Source: Candidatus Norongarragalinales archaeon (lineage in GTDB: Archaea > Micrarchaeota > Micrarchaeia > Norongarragalinales > DASYRB01). Taken from it: DNA of 64,000 nt. The stretch spans positions 4,938 to 68,937 of the forward strand of contig DASYRB010000026.1 of assembly GCA_036004805.1 (NCBI GenBank). Direction: 5' to 3'. Shown here one piece after another: positions 34,597-44,423 of the stretch. The position numbers and the translations under genes are program-made. How positions within the stretch are numbered: the first letter of the stretch is position 1; every line of letters starts with the position of its first letter. The notes below the pieces were generated by a model. That model searched no databases. It saw nothing but the letters and a program-made list of their open reading frames with translations, and was not told where the DNA came from.

Positions 34597-35802
34597 CTAG
34601 CGCGATCTTTTTTCGGCTATGACTTTCTTGTAGAACGCGAGGATCTTGTCGGCCTGGTTTTTCCAGTCGAATTCTTTCACCGCGCGCTTCCTCGCGCTGC
34701 GACCCATTTTGCGAGCGAGGGATGGTTTTTGTGCAAGCTTGAGCATCGCGTTCACGAGCGCCTTAGTATCTCGTTTTGGAACGACGAATCCGTCCTTGCC
34801 GTTCCTTACCGCTTCCGCGTCTCCTCCCGCGTCGCTGCACACGCAAGGCAGGCCGCTCGACATCGCTTCCAACAGCGCGATGGGAAAAACTTCCCACAGT
34901 GAGGGAAGAACGAACGCGTCCGCCGCGTTCAACGCTTGCAAGAGTTGCGGTCCGTGGCGTGGCCCGGCGAACCATACGTGCTTGTCGACATGTAGGCTCT
35001 TGGCGAGTTTTTCAAGCTTCTTTCTTTCACTGCCTTCGCCGACGAGCACGATCTTGATGTTGGGCGATTTTTTGAGCGCTTCCGGCAGTCCGCGTATTAG
35101 ATAGTCGAGTCCTTTTTGCTTGATGACGCGTCCGACCCAGAAGAACGCGAAATCGCCGGGCGCGAGGTGGAATGCCGCGCGTGCTTTTTGTCGTTGTTGC
35201 GCGTTGGGCGGGTGGTAGTCGTGGGTCTCGACGCCGTTGTGTATTGTGAACATCTTGTTTTTCGAAATGCCGTATTTTGCGATGTCTTGGCGTGCGAACT
35301 CGCTGGTCGCGATGATGCGGTCGGCGCATCGGAAGATCATTTGTCCGATGGGCAGGTCGTACATGTAGCCGAAAACCGTGTATGCGGTAGAGATGCCGGA
35401 GGGTCGCGCGTTGTGTATCGAGATGACCATGGGTTTGCGCGAGAGCTTGCTGTAAGCGCAGAGCGCGAGCGCCCAGTCGGCGAACCAGCGGTTGTGCAAG
35501 TGGAACAAGTCGAAGTCGTACTTTTCGTCTAGCTTTTTGAGCGCGAGAAGCACGCCAGGCGTAATCGTCGTGGGTGGCGGGTAGAGAAGCGGTGCTTTGA
35601 CGATTGTTGTGGGTATGCGGTGTACTTCGAAGCCGTGCATCGTTTCATGCACCGGTGTGCCGGGCAGCCTGCTCGTTAGCACGTGTACTTTCACGCCGCG
35701 CGCAGCGAGTCGCTTGGCGAGTTCGAACATATGTTTCTCGATACCGCCGCTGAACGGGTGGAACAAGGCGTTGACGAGACAGACTCGCAATTGTTTCTTC
35801 AT
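34597..35802 (-). CDS. Glycosyltransferase family 4 (GT-B, glycosyl transferase group 1).
   Basis: 401 aa. N-terminal LVNALFHPFSGGIEKH. C-terminal EX7E-type region (PSLWEVFPIALLEAMSSGLPCVCSD). Confidence 0.85.
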   Translation of the reverse strand: MKKQLRVCLVNALFHPFSGGIEKHMFELAKRLAARGVKVHVLTSRLPGTPVHETMHGFEVHRIPTTIVKAPLLYPPPTTITPGVLLALKKLDEKYDFDLFHLHNRWFADWALALCAYSKLSRKPMVISIHNARPSGISTAYTVFGYMYDLPIGQMIFRCADRIIATSEFARQDIAKYGISKNKMFTIHNGVETHDYHPPNAQQRQKARAAFHLAPGDFAFFWVGRVIKQKGLDYLIRGLPEALKKSPNIKIVLVGEGSERKKLEKLAKSLHVDKHVWFAGPRHGPQLLQALNAADAFVLPSLWEVFPIALLEAMSSGLPCVCSDAGGDAEAVRNGKDGFVVPKRDTKALVNAMLKLAQKPSLARKMGRSARKRAVKEFDWKNQADKILAFYKKVIAEKRSR

Positions 35803-35806
35803 TTTT

Positions 35807-36859
35807 TCACGCGATTTTTTCGTAAATGTTGAGTAGTTTTTCTACGGAAGCGTTTATGTCGCGCTTTTTGACTTGTGTGAGCGCGCGTTGGCTCATTTCT
35901 TGGCGCATTGCTGGGTTTTCGAACAGCGTCCTCGTGGCGATCGCCATTTTGGAGGGCGTGCTGCATGCTTCTCCGCCTCTGCCTACGACTTCAGTGAGCA
36001 CTTTCAGTGGCGTGTAGAGCACTGGCGTGCCACAGGCTTGGCTTTCTTGCGCGACGAGTCCTTCCGTCTCTATTTTCGAGGGCATTAGCGTTACTGTCGC
36101 GCCTTTGTAAGCGCTGAGTACTTGTTCGCGTGGAATGCGTGGAAGCATTTTCACGTTGGGTGGAGCTTTGCGGGCGAGTTTTTTGGTCTGCATGCCGGCG
36201 CCGATCATTACGAACTGTCTCGTTGGCAGGGCGCGTGCGCATTGCAGCACCCATTCGGGTTGTTTCGACGAGTCATAGCGGCCGACGAATACCGCGTAGT
36301 CTTTCTTGATGCCGTATTTTTTGCGAAATAGATTATCACTGACTTTTTTGAACTCTTCAAGATTGACGCCGTTCGGCACAACGTCGATGGGTTTCTTGAC
36401 GCCGTTTCTTCGGAATATCGCGGCGCCGTTGTTGGTCTGGCTTATCACGCGGTCGAAGCGGTTCAGGAACCAGCTTTCGTATTTCCATACGGCGTTGGTG
36501 ATCGTGCCGGGTTGTTTGCTGCCGAATATCGACTCGATGAAGTGGTAGGGCAGGAAGTGTGCCGTGACGACTTTAGGCAGGTCGAGCGCTGACGCGTAAA
36601 GTCCTAGCGTGTATGGCGAGTGAGCGTGTACGACGTCGACTTGCGGAATTTTTCCCGGAGGAATCACGATGTCGTAGTCCGGAATCATTGGATACCTGAC
36701 GAACGGTAGCGCGCGTGTCTGGAAAGGATAGGATCCGTTAACGCGTCCCGTGTAGAGCACGACGCTGGTTTTTTTCGCGAGGAACGGAAGTACTTGCTTG
36801 ATGGCGGTTGCGACGCCGTTGTTTTGTTCGAACGTGTCACTGAACCATGCTGTCTTCAT
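35807..36859 (-). CDS. Glycosyltransferase family 4.
   Basis: 350 aa, GT-B. ...TEGLVAQESQACGTPVL. Stop 5 nt from the upstream GT4. Confidence 0.8.
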   Translation of the reverse strand: MKTAWFSDTFEQNNGVATAIKQVLPFLAKKTSVVLYTGRVNGSYPFQTRALPFVRYPMIPDYDIVIPPGKIPQVDVVHAHSPYTLGLYASALDLPKVVTAHFLPYHFIESIFGSKQPGTITNAVWKYESWFLNRFDRVISQTNNGAAIFRRNGVKKPIDVVPNGVNLEEFKKVSDNLFRKKYGIKKDYAVFVGRYDSSKQPEWVLQCARALPTRQFVMIGAGMQTKKLARKAPPNVKMLPRIPREQVLSAYKGATVTLMPSKIETEGLVAQESQACGTPVLYTPLKVLTEVVGRGGEACSTPSKMAIATRTLFENPAMRQEMSQRALTQVKKRDINASVEKLLNIYEKIA

Positions 36860-36883
36860 TCTTTTTCCCGTTCTCCGCTTTTT

Positions 36884-37273
36884 TTACAAGTAGGCCTTGA
36901 GGGCGGTCTTTGCTTTCGGCACGTCTTCGCACCGCACGGCGACGAGCGTCTGGTCTCCGTGCTTGCTTAGGATGTAAGTGCTTTCGATGTTGATTTTTTT
37001 GTCCGCTAGCGCGCGCGTGATCTTCGCGAGTTCTCCCGGTCTGTCCTTGAGTCTTACGACGAGCACGTCGCTCGGGACGACCTTGAAGCCGGCGGTTTCT
37101 AGCGCGTGTCTCGCTTTGCGCTCGTCGCTCACTAACAAGCGTGTGACGGCGGTCTGGTTGCTCGTTTCCAGCGCGATGTTTTCAATGTTGACTTTCGCGT
37201 TGGCGAGGGCTTCGCTCACGTCGGCCAGTAGGCCGATGCGGTCTTTAGCGATCACGGTAAGCTCGACGGTCAC
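36884..37273 (-). CDS. Tandem ACT-domain protein.
   Basis: 129 aa. Two repeats of the DRIGLLADVSEALA / DRPGELAKITRALA type. Confidence 0.7.
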   Translation of the reverse strand: MTVELTVIAKDRIGLLADVSEALANAKVNIENIALETSNQTAVTRLLVSDERKARHALETAGFKVVPSDVLVVRLKDRPGELAKITRALADKKINIESTYILSKHGDQTLVAVRCEDVPKAKTALKAYL

Positions 37274-37363
37274 TTGAAAATTCCCACCCTTTTTCTAGAG
37301 GTAATACGTCTGTGGGCATTTTAAAGACTTCACAGACCATCAACTGATACGTAGATTTTCCTT

Positions 37364-38566
37364 ATGGCCAGTATCCCTATCATAGAGTACGCTATCGGTT
37401 TTTTTACGCTCTACATTACCGTGTTCTTTTTGCTCGTCTATTTGGAGAACCGGAGTGAAGTGAAGAGGCACCCGCAGCCGCCCAAAAAGCTCCCCTCGTT
37501 CACTATCATCATTCCGGCTTACAACGAACAGGACTCGATCGAACGCACGGTGCAGAGCGTGCTCGACAGCGGCTATCCGCGAGCCAAAATGCAAGTGATC
37601 GTGGTCGATGATGGCAGCAGGGACGCGACGTGGCAGCGCATGCAGAAGTTCAAGCGCACGAAAGGCGTGTTGTTGCTGCGCAAGCCCAATGGCGGAAAAG
37701 CCGCCGCGCTCAATTTCGCTTTGAAGCGCGCGAAGGGAGAATTCATCGCGACTCTCGACAGCGACTGCTTCGTGGAAAAAGGCGCGATCCAGAAAATGCT
37801 GGGCTATTTCTGGGAAGACGACAAGATCATGGCAGTCACGAGCGTGACCAAGGTCGAGAATCCACGCAACGCGGTTGAGAAGTTGCAGCGCATCGAGTAC
37901 CTCGTCAGCGTTTTCGCGAGGCGCGTGCAGCAATTCATCGACGCGATCGCCGTGACTCCCGGACCGTTGAGCGTTTATCGCGCGCGAGTGTTCAAAGAGC
38001 TGGGCGGTTTTGACGAGAAAAGCGTGCTCGAAGACCAAGAAATGGGTTTCCGCATTCAGAGCAACCATTACAAGATTCGTGGCAGTATGGATGCGGTCGT
38101 GCACACCACGGTGCCGCCGACGTTCAAGATGTTGTTGCTGCAGCGCGTGCGTTGGTATCGCGGCGGTTTGAGGAACGTCGCGAAATACAAACACATGCTA
38201 TCGCGCGATTACGGAGATTTGGGAATGTTCGTCATGCCACTAGGTATCGTTTCGATGTTGATGATGTTCGTGATTTTCGGCCTTTCACTGCTGCAGTACA
38301 GTCATGGCGCGAGCGCGATCGACCTCATCACGAGGCCGAGCGTCGCGTGGCTGGGCATTCAAGCGACCCACATAATCGCGGTCGTGATTTTCGCGTTGAG
38401 CGCGTTCTGGGTGTACCTGGGAATGAAGCACTTCGAGGGCGAAGCACTCACGCCGTTATACCTGCTGCTCTATCTCATAATTTACGCGCCGATGGTGACG
38501 CTTTTCTGGATCGCCACGCTCATTTATGAAGCCAAGGGAGGAAAACCAACCTGGCTCACTCGCTGA
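37364..38566 (+). CDS. Membrane-embedded processive family-2 glycosyltransferase (cellulose/chitin/PNAG-synthase-like).
   Basis: 400 aa. N-terminal TM. GT-A motifs IIIPAYNE, DDGSRD, LDSDC. Processivity motif QRVRW (LLLQRVRWYRGG). C-terminal TM helices. Confidence 0.85.
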   Translation: MASIPIIEYAIGFFTLYITVFFLLVYLENRSEVKRHPQPPKKLPSFTIIIPAYNEQDSIERTVQSVLDSGYPRAKMQVIVVDDGSRDATWQRMQKFKRTKGVLLLRKPNGGKAAALNFALKRAKGEFIATLDSDCFVEKGAIQKMLGYFWEDDKIMAVTSVTKVENPRNAVEKLQRIEYLVSVFARRVQQFIDAIAVTPGPLSVYRARVFKELGGFDEKSVLEDQEMGFRIQSNHYKIRGSMDAVVHTTVPPTFKMLLLQRVRWYRGGLRNVAKYKHMLSRDYGDLGMFVMPLGIVSMLMMFVIFGLSLLQYSHGASAIDLITRPSVAWLGIQATHIIAVVIFALSAFWVYLGMKHFEGEALTPLYLLLYLIIYAPMVTLFWIATLIYEAKGGKPTWLTR

Positions 38567-38575
38567 TCTAAAAAC

Positions 38576-39244
38576 ATGGACAATCAACAACCACCGCATC
38601 GCAGGATCAATTGGCACACTTACATCGTCGCGCTAGTCATTACAGTGCTGGTTTTTGGTGTCGGCATTCTTCTCGGCGCCGAGTTCGCGCGCGCGGGCAG
38701 CAGCGCGTTGGCGAGCGATCTTGAGCGGCTCACGACCGAAAGCACGACGCTTGAGTTGTTGTTGGCGTTGAACGTTTCTGAAGAAAAAACTTGCCCGTTG
38801 CTGGTTTCGCAGGTCGCGCGCTTCGACAAGGAAACCGCGACTTTCGGCGAAAAACTGGATTTCTTGGAGCGCAGCAACGGCCGACAGGACGATACAGTCG
38901 TGTCCTTGAAGCGCCAGTACAGCTTGAAAGAAATCCGCGATTACTTGCTGCTTTTGAAGATCAATAACGCGTGCGGTCACAAGTTCGACACGGTGCTTTA
39001 TTTCTACAGCAACAAGGAATGCAGTGATTGCGCGTCGCAGGGCGAAGCGCTCACGCAGTTGAAACAGGCCGCGCCTGACCGCGTGATGATCTACAGCTTC
39101 GACGCTGACATTGGTGGCGACGCGCCCGACTCGTTGCGACAGGTTTATGGCATTTCGTCATACCCGGCGCTCGTAGTGAATGGCAGGGTGTTGCAGGGTT
39201 ATCGTTCGGCGCAGGAAGTTGCGGGCGTCATCCGCGAGTCCTGA
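38576..39244 (+). CDS. Membrane-anchored thioredoxin-like protein (CxxC).
   Basis: N-terminal TM (YIVALVITVLVFGVGILLGA), soluble domain with CSDC and ...YPALVVNG. Starts 10 nt after the GT2 gene. Confidence 0.55.
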   Translation: MDNQQPPHRRINWHTYIVALVITVLVFGVGILLGAEFARAGSSALASDLERLTTESTTLELLLALNVSEEKTCPLLVSQVARFDKETATFGEKLDFLERSNGRQDDTVVSLKRQYSLKEIRDYLLLLKINNACGHKFDTVLYFYSNKECSDCASQGEALTQLKQAAPDRVMIYSFDADIGGDAPDSLRQVYGISSYPALVVNGRVLQGYRSAQEVAGVIRES

Positions 39245-40415
39245 GCGCGGCTTTGTAGACGCTTTCGAGTTTTCGCGTGCTCGCTTCTATGCTGTATTTT
39301 TCGGTCGCGTTCCGTGCTGACGTCATGAACTTTTCTTTTTGTTGTTGCGGCAGTGCGAGTGCGCGCATGATTTTTTGAGCGCATTGCGTCGCGTTGCCGG
39401 GTTCGAACAGGAAGCCGTTCTTTCCTTCAGTGATCGCGTCGGGTATCGCTAGCGCGTTGGCGCCGATGCATATTTTTCCGCAAGCCATCGCTTCCATGAG
39501 TGAGAGGCTCTGTGTTTCGAACGTGCTGGCCGTGACGTAGAGGTCGCTCGCTTTGTAGTACAGAGGTAGTTGTTGGTTGGGAATGAAACCGGCGAAGCGC
39601 GTGACGTCGAGCAGTCCCAAGCGCTTGGCCTGTCTCTCTAGTGACGAACGCGTGGGTCCGTCGCCTCCGATGAGGAGCTTGAAGCGTAGTCCTTGGTGCT
39701 TGAGTATTCGCGCGGCTTTCAGCACGACGTCGACGTTTTTCTCCTTGCTCAACCTGCCAACGCACGCGATGAGTGGCTCGTCGTCGCCCACGCCGATTTT
39801 TTTCTTCAACTCGTCGGCTTGTTGTTGCGTGAACGTCGCGGGTGAGAAGTGTTTCGTGTCGATGCCATTAGGCACCACCTCGACGTGTCTCAGTCCGTTC
39901 TTTTTCAAGAGTTTCGCGACGGAAGCGCCGGGAGTGGTGACGATGTCGAACTTTTTGTAGAACGGCACGATGGCGCGCCATGCGATCTTGCCTGCAAAAT
40001 TCTTGAAGCGCTGAGGGCCTGGCAGCAGCTTTTCGGCGGCGATTGGTATCATGGTGTGGAAAGTCGCGATCTTTGGTAAATGTAGAGAGCGTCCAGTCTG
40101 TAGCGCGGCGATACCCATTCCCGCGATGCCGTGGCAGTGCACGATGTCGATGCCGTCCGTTCTTGCTTGTCGCGCGGCTTTGAAGGGCTTGAGCGCGAGT
40201 TGGTATTGCTTGTAGAGCGGGAACTTGATGCCTTTGTAGTAATGCACGCTCGGGTTTTTTTCGGCGCCTTTGGTTTTCGCATCGCCGGCAGTGTAGATGA
40301 ATACTTTGTGTCCTCCTTTCTCGAGTTCGCGTCGATAGTTGAGGAGCGAGAACACTACGCCGTCGACGTTCGGCAGCCACGTGTCCGTAAAGAATCCTAT
40401 TCGCAAGCGCTTCAT
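39228..40415 (-). CDS. Glycosyltransferase family 4.
   Basis: 395 aa. RIGFFTDTWLPNVDGVV N-terminus. GT-B C-terminal E..E region. Confidence 0.8.
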   Translation of the reverse strand: MKRLRIGFFTDTWLPNVDGVVFSLLNYRRELEKGGHKVFIYTAGDAKTKGAEKNPSVHYYKGIKFPLYKQYQLALKPFKAARQARTDGIDIVHCHGIAGMGIAALQTGRSLHLPKIATFHTMIPIAAEKLLPGPQRFKNFAGKIAWRAIVPFYKKFDIVTTPGASVAKLLKKNGLRHVEVVPNGIDTKHFSPATFTQQQADELKKKIGVGDDEPLIACVGRLSKEKNVDVVLKAARILKHQGLRFKLLIGGDGPTRSSLERQAKRLGLLDVTRFAGFIPNQQLPLYYKASDLYVTASTFETQSLSLMEAMACGKICIGANALAIPDAITEGKNGFLFEPGNATQCAQKIMRALALPQQQKEKFMTSARNATEKYSIEASTRKLESVYKAALRTRG

Positions 40416-40423
40416 TGACGAAT

Positions 40424-42235
40424 TCAGAATATCACTACGATTGATAAAAGCGCTAGCGCGAGTGCCGCGAGGAACATGGCCGGCGCGACTATCTTCGCGA
40501 CGCTCACTATCGCTCCCACCGTGCTGAGGAGTTCGCTGGAGCGTCTCGAGCCCATGACGTCGATCTTGACGCGTCGCGTGCCCATTCCAACGCGCACGGG
40601 CTCTACGTCACGCAGTGCTTTCGCGACGGTTTCTTCGATGACGTTGACGAGCGCGTGGCTGTTGGGTTGCGAGCCGAGCGGGTTGTGCACGCCGCTTATC
40701 GAGTTGACGGCGTGCGTGTCCGTGGTGAAAATGTCGCAGTGCGTGAATCGGAATTTTTTGAGGCGCTGCAGGACGCTTTCGCGGAATTGCGGCGTCGAGT
40801 TGTTCGCGTCTAGCAGCACCATGCACGCGCGCGCCTTGCCTATCTGTAGCACGGCGATCTTTAGTCCGGCCTTGCCGATGCCTTGGCTCGCGGTGAATTG
40901 TTTGAGCGGGTCGGTCGCGATGCCGAGCTCGATCCTGCCTTTTTGTTGTTGCGTTAGCGCGTTGACGGAGTCGAGCGCTTGGAAGAACTCTTCACTGCCG
41001 GCAGCCATTGAGGGAACTTCGAAGGCCGAGTTGTGCCTGTCGATTATTGTCGAGTCGTTGAATCCTTTCGCGAGTATCGCGTTGCGCAGCGCGACGCCGA
41101 GCGCTGCGTCGATGTCGTCGGTGTGTTCAGGAGCGCGTGAAATGGAGACGAATGACTTGTTGTCGAACTCGAGGCCGAACGCTTCACAAGGTCCGGCGTT
41201 GCCTTTGATGAATGACGCGTTGCTGGTTTTGCGCGTGGCTTGTTTGAGGCATTGTTCGAGCTCTCTCGCGATCATTTGCGCGTCACTGCTGTAGACCGGG
41301 TTGTAGTCGTGTCCTGCTGTGCCTTTGAACACGAGCGCGGGGCAGTCGTGTTTTTCTTGAAAAATTTTCGACAACAGGTGCGGCCATTCGCTTCCTCCCA
41401 TGTTGCCGACGGGTCCGTAGTGTACGTGCGGCACGAGGAAGAACGCCTTGTTTTTTCCTTTCGCGTTCTCGAAAGCGACGGCCGATACGAACGTCTCGAC
41501 TTTTTCGCCCATTTCCGCCATGACTTCCTCGAGTCCCTTGCTGCCCTTGATCCATTGCGCCGAGAAGAGCGTCGCGGCTTGTATCGCGTTCACGCCAAGG
41601 TTGCGCTTGGCCGGCGCGTTCAGGATGTAGAACAACAACCATAACCCTGCGAGGAAAATTGTTGCAGCGACCGCGAGTTCGAGCGCGAGCAGTGTTGGGC
41701 TTGGCGGGCTGACGATGCCGAAACCGCGCCAAAAAACAAGCGCCGCGATGTTCAGTGCCGGTTGCACGAAGCTGACTGGAAGCGCGCGGGCGGCGTTGTA
41801 ACCGAGCGCGACGTAAGCGCCTACGAACCATACGAGCACGAGTGCGGCGTTGACGAGCAGCGCTGGCAGTATGAAGGAAGTGCCCGTGATCTTGGTTGCG
41901 AAAATGCCCGCGCCATAACCGACAGCGGCGACCGCGGCAGTGATCAGCGCGAGAAAAATGAAGTATTTGAACGCCCATTTGAAGTGCGTCCTTTCAAGGC
42001 CCGTGGTTGCGAGCAGCGCTGCGCACATCGCCGGCAGTGACAACACGAGCACGCCTTGAATACCGCCGAACAGCAAAATGTCGATCAAGGACTGTCGTGG
42101 GTCAAAGAGGAATGACAACGCGATTCCGGCAAGGAAGCCGAAGACCGCGAGGTAGACGATGGTTCTGTTCGCTGAAGGCAGTTTGAAAATGAAGCGCGTG
42201 AGGCCGGTGGTGCTCTCGCGCAAGCTAGACGCCAT
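40424..42235 (-). CDS. Large polytopic membrane protein (about 8 N-terminal TM, soluble domain, C-terminal TM), DUF2070-like archaeal family.
   Basis: 603 aa. Architecture and size are typical of archaeal DUF2070 proteins. Family assignment from memory only. Confidence 0.5.
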   Translation of the reverse strand: MASSLRESTTGLTRFIFKLPSANRTIVYLAVFGFLAGIALSFLFDPRQSLIDILLFGGIQGVLVLSLPAMCAALLATTGLERTHFKWAFKYFIFLALITAAVAAVGYGAGIFATKITGTSFILPALLVNAALVLVWFVGAYVALGYNAARALPVSFVQPALNIAALVFWRGFGIVSPPSPTLLALELAVAATIFLAGLWLLFYILNAPAKRNLGVNAIQAATLFSAQWIKGSKGLEEVMAEMGEKVETFVSAVAFENAKGKNKAFFLVPHVHYGPVGNMGGSEWPHLLSKIFQEKHDCPALVFKGTAGHDYNPVYSSDAQMIARELEQCLKQATRKTSNASFIKGNAGPCEAFGLEFDNKSFVSISRAPEHTDDIDAALGVALRNAILAKGFNDSTIIDRHNSAFEVPSMAAGSEEFFQALDSVNALTQQQKGRIELGIATDPLKQFTASQGIGKAGLKIAVLQIGKARACMVLLDANNSTPQFRESVLQRLKKFRFTHCDIFTTDTHAVNSISGVHNPLGSQPNSHALVNVIEETVAKALRDVEPVRVGMGTRRVKIDVMGSRRSSELLSTVGAIVSVAKIVAPAMFLAALALALLSIVVIF

Positions 42236-42286
42236 TGATAAAAGACTTAGTTATTATTCGCCGAGCGCCCTTAAAATAGCGTAGAA

Positions 42287-42976
42287 ATGACAAGCCAATC
42301 GAAGATTTGTCCGCGGTGCGGCCACGACTCGAGCGACCGCAGGTTCATCGGCAGTTTTTGCGAAAAATGCTTCCAAGAAACCCAAATCATCGCAGAGGTG
42401 CCGAAAGCGTTGGAGATCGACCTGTGCAAGACCTGCGGACGCGTCAAGCTCAAGAACGAATGGACGACTTTTACTGGCAAGTCGATCGCGATATGGCTAG
42501 ACGAGAAGATCAAGCACCAATTCAAGGTCGAGAAGAAATTCATCAAGGTCGCCCAACACCCGAAAGAACTCGAATGCGACATCGATTACACTTACATCGT
42601 TCACGGCGTGCCCATCGATTGGAAAGCAGGCACACGCATCCCACTGCACAGAACGTATTGTCCGGACGACATGAAAATGGCCGGTGGTTATTATGAAGCG
42701 ATCGTGCAGTTGCGAGGCGATCCTAAGGATGTTGCGAAGGAAGAGAGAGAACTCGCGCGACACCTGCACAGCTATACGTACATCGCGAAAACCGAGCACA
42801 AGAAGGAAGGACCCGACATCTACATCGGCAACAAGACCATGCTCCAGCGATTTTTCGAAGACAACCACGTTCGCTTCGAAGCCAGCCGTCGCTTGATGGG
42901 ACAAAAACAAGGCAAACGCCTATTCCTCACGACCTATCTAATTCGACTCTCTGAAAAAGAAACAGACGCCGCCTAA
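42287..42976 (+). CDS. NMD3-family protein (ribosomal large-subunit export/biogenesis factor homolog).
   Basis: N-terminal CxxC zinc-binding clusters (CPRCG...CEKC...CKTCGR) followed by the NMD3-like core. 229 aa. Confidence 0.55.
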   Translation: MTSQSKICPRCGHDSSDRRFIGSFCEKCFQETQIIAEVPKALEIDLCKTCGRVKLKNEWTTFTGKSIAIWLDEKIKHQFKVEKKFIKVAQHPKELECDIDYTYIVHGVPIDWKAGTRIPLHRTYCPDDMKMAGGYYEAIVQLRGDPKDVAKEERELARHLHSYTYIAKTEHKKEGPDIYIGNKTMLQRFFEDNHVRFEASRRLMGQKQGKRLFLTTYLIRLSEKETDAA

Positions 42977-42986
42977 AAGCAACGCA

Positions 42987-43673
42987 TTAGCCTTTTACGT
43001 CTTTCAGTTTTTTCTTCAACTCTTCCAGCGTCGCCATGGTGGCGAGTAGTGGGATGCCTTCGCTGTCCGCGATCTTGATCGCGAGCTTGTCGACTTCTTT
43101 CACTCCATGCAGCACGATTACCGCAGGCTTGATGGGCGCGATGCGCACCGCAACGAGCGGGCTTCTGCCAGTGCTGACGCCCGTGAAGATCAGCGCGCGT
43201 TGATTAGTGCTTCCATAAATTTTCACGAAGCTCTCGTAAGGAAGTTCCAAGATGACTTTTTGGCTGTCGAGAATCGTCGCGCCGTAGATGGTTTTCTCTT
43301 CCAGCTTTTCTTGTCCCGCGACCACTTCAGCACCGATGATTTTCGCGAAGTCGCTCGCGTTGATGGGTTTCGGGAAGTCTATCGCGTCGAAGAACTCTTT
43401 GCTTTCTTCTGCTTCCTTGAAGCGCTTCACGAGCTCGCCGCCCTTCTGAATGTCGATGTCCACTAGCGCGTCGACGAAGCGTCGAATAACGGCTATTCCG
43501 GGGCTCTTTCGGCGGTTGCTCTCGTAATCACTGATCGTCGATGGCGTAATTTTCAAGTGCTCGCTGAGCTCGGTCTGCGAGACGCCGAACACTTCACGCC
43601 ATTTCTTCATGGCTTTGCCTGGATCGTTGCTTAACGCAATCTCGCCGGCAATCTTGACTTTGAGTTGTTCCAT
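42987..43673 (-). CDS. HTH (XRE/Cro-C1-type) transcriptional regulator with a C-terminal uncharacterised domain.
   Basis: WREVFGVSQTELSEHLKITPSTISDYESNRR helix-turn-helix. 228 aa. Confidence 0.6.
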   Translation of the reverse strand: MEQLKVKIAGEIALSNDPGKAMKKWREVFGVSQTELSEHLKITPSTISDYESNRRKSPGIAVIRRFVDALVDIDIQKGGELVKRFKEAEESKEFFDAIDFPKPINASDFAKIIGAEVVAGQEKLEEKTIYGATILDSQKVILELPYESFVKIYGSTNQRALIFTGVSTGRSPLVAVRIAPIKPAVIVLHGVKEVDKLAIKIADSEGIPLLATMATLEELKKKLKDVKG

Positions 43674-43741
43674 CGAATTGGTTTAGGGCCGCGTCGAGTT
43701 TAAAAGGTTCTTTTCGACAAGTCCCTTGCGTAAAAACAGAA

Positions 43742-44368
43742 ATGATCAAGGCACTGCTCTTCGACATGGACGGCACTTTACTCGACAATGACAAGTACGA
43801 GCGACAGTTCTGGGACAAGGACCTCGTCGAACAAGCCGTGAAAGAAACGGGAAAGCCGAGGAATAAGGTCGCGCGCGATGCCGCACGCTTCATCATTGAG
43901 AACAAGGGCACGCCGAAATACTTCTACCCACAAGCCTACCTCGACCACCTCGGCGCGCGCGACTACGATCTGAAGTCGCTCGTGCGTAAGAACTTGAAAA
44001 TGGTCAAAGCTTGGAACTGGGTAAAGCCCGCGTTATTGAAGACGCGCAAGAAATACGTCAACATCATTTTCACGAACGCGATCGAAGAAGTCGCCAGCGC
44101 CAAGCTCGAAGCCGCCGGCATCTCTTCCTGTTTTCACTTGATCAACAGTACGCACGCGCGCACCAAGCTCGAGGAAGAACGCTTCGACGAGTTGTTCCTC
44201 ATTCTAGAACGCTTGTTCGGCATTGACGGCAGACGGGAGAGCGTTTTTTTCAGTGACGACCTCGACTATGCACCGGTCGCGCGCACGTTCGGACTCCGCA
44301 TCGAGCGCGTCGAGAAGGGCAAAAAACCCGCGGTCCTGGACAAGCTGCTCGACCAAGCGCAGCATTAA
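43742..44368 (+). CDS. HAD-superfamily hydrolase.
   Basis: Motif I LLFDMDGTLLD at the N-terminus. 208 aa. Confidence 0.75.
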   Translation: MIKALLFDMDGTLLDNDKYERQFWDKDLVEQAVKETGKPRNKVARDAARFIIENKGTPKYFYPQAYLDHLGARDYDLKSLVRKNLKMVKAWNWVKPALLKTRKKYVNIIFTNAIEEVASAKLEAAGISSCFHLINSTHARTKLEEERFDELFLILERLFGIDGRRESVFFSDDLDYAPVARTFGLRIERVEKGKKPAVLDKLLDQAQH

Positions 44369-44423
44369 AACACCCGCGACGCGAAAAAGATTGTAACAAA
44401 AAACAAAGGTGGATCGATAAGCA

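Noticed and set aside
37340-38194. 284-aa minus-strand ORF overlapping the GT2 gene.
   Set aside because: Antisense to a gene with unambiguous GT2 motifs (DxD, QRVRW). His/Arg-rich shadow frame.
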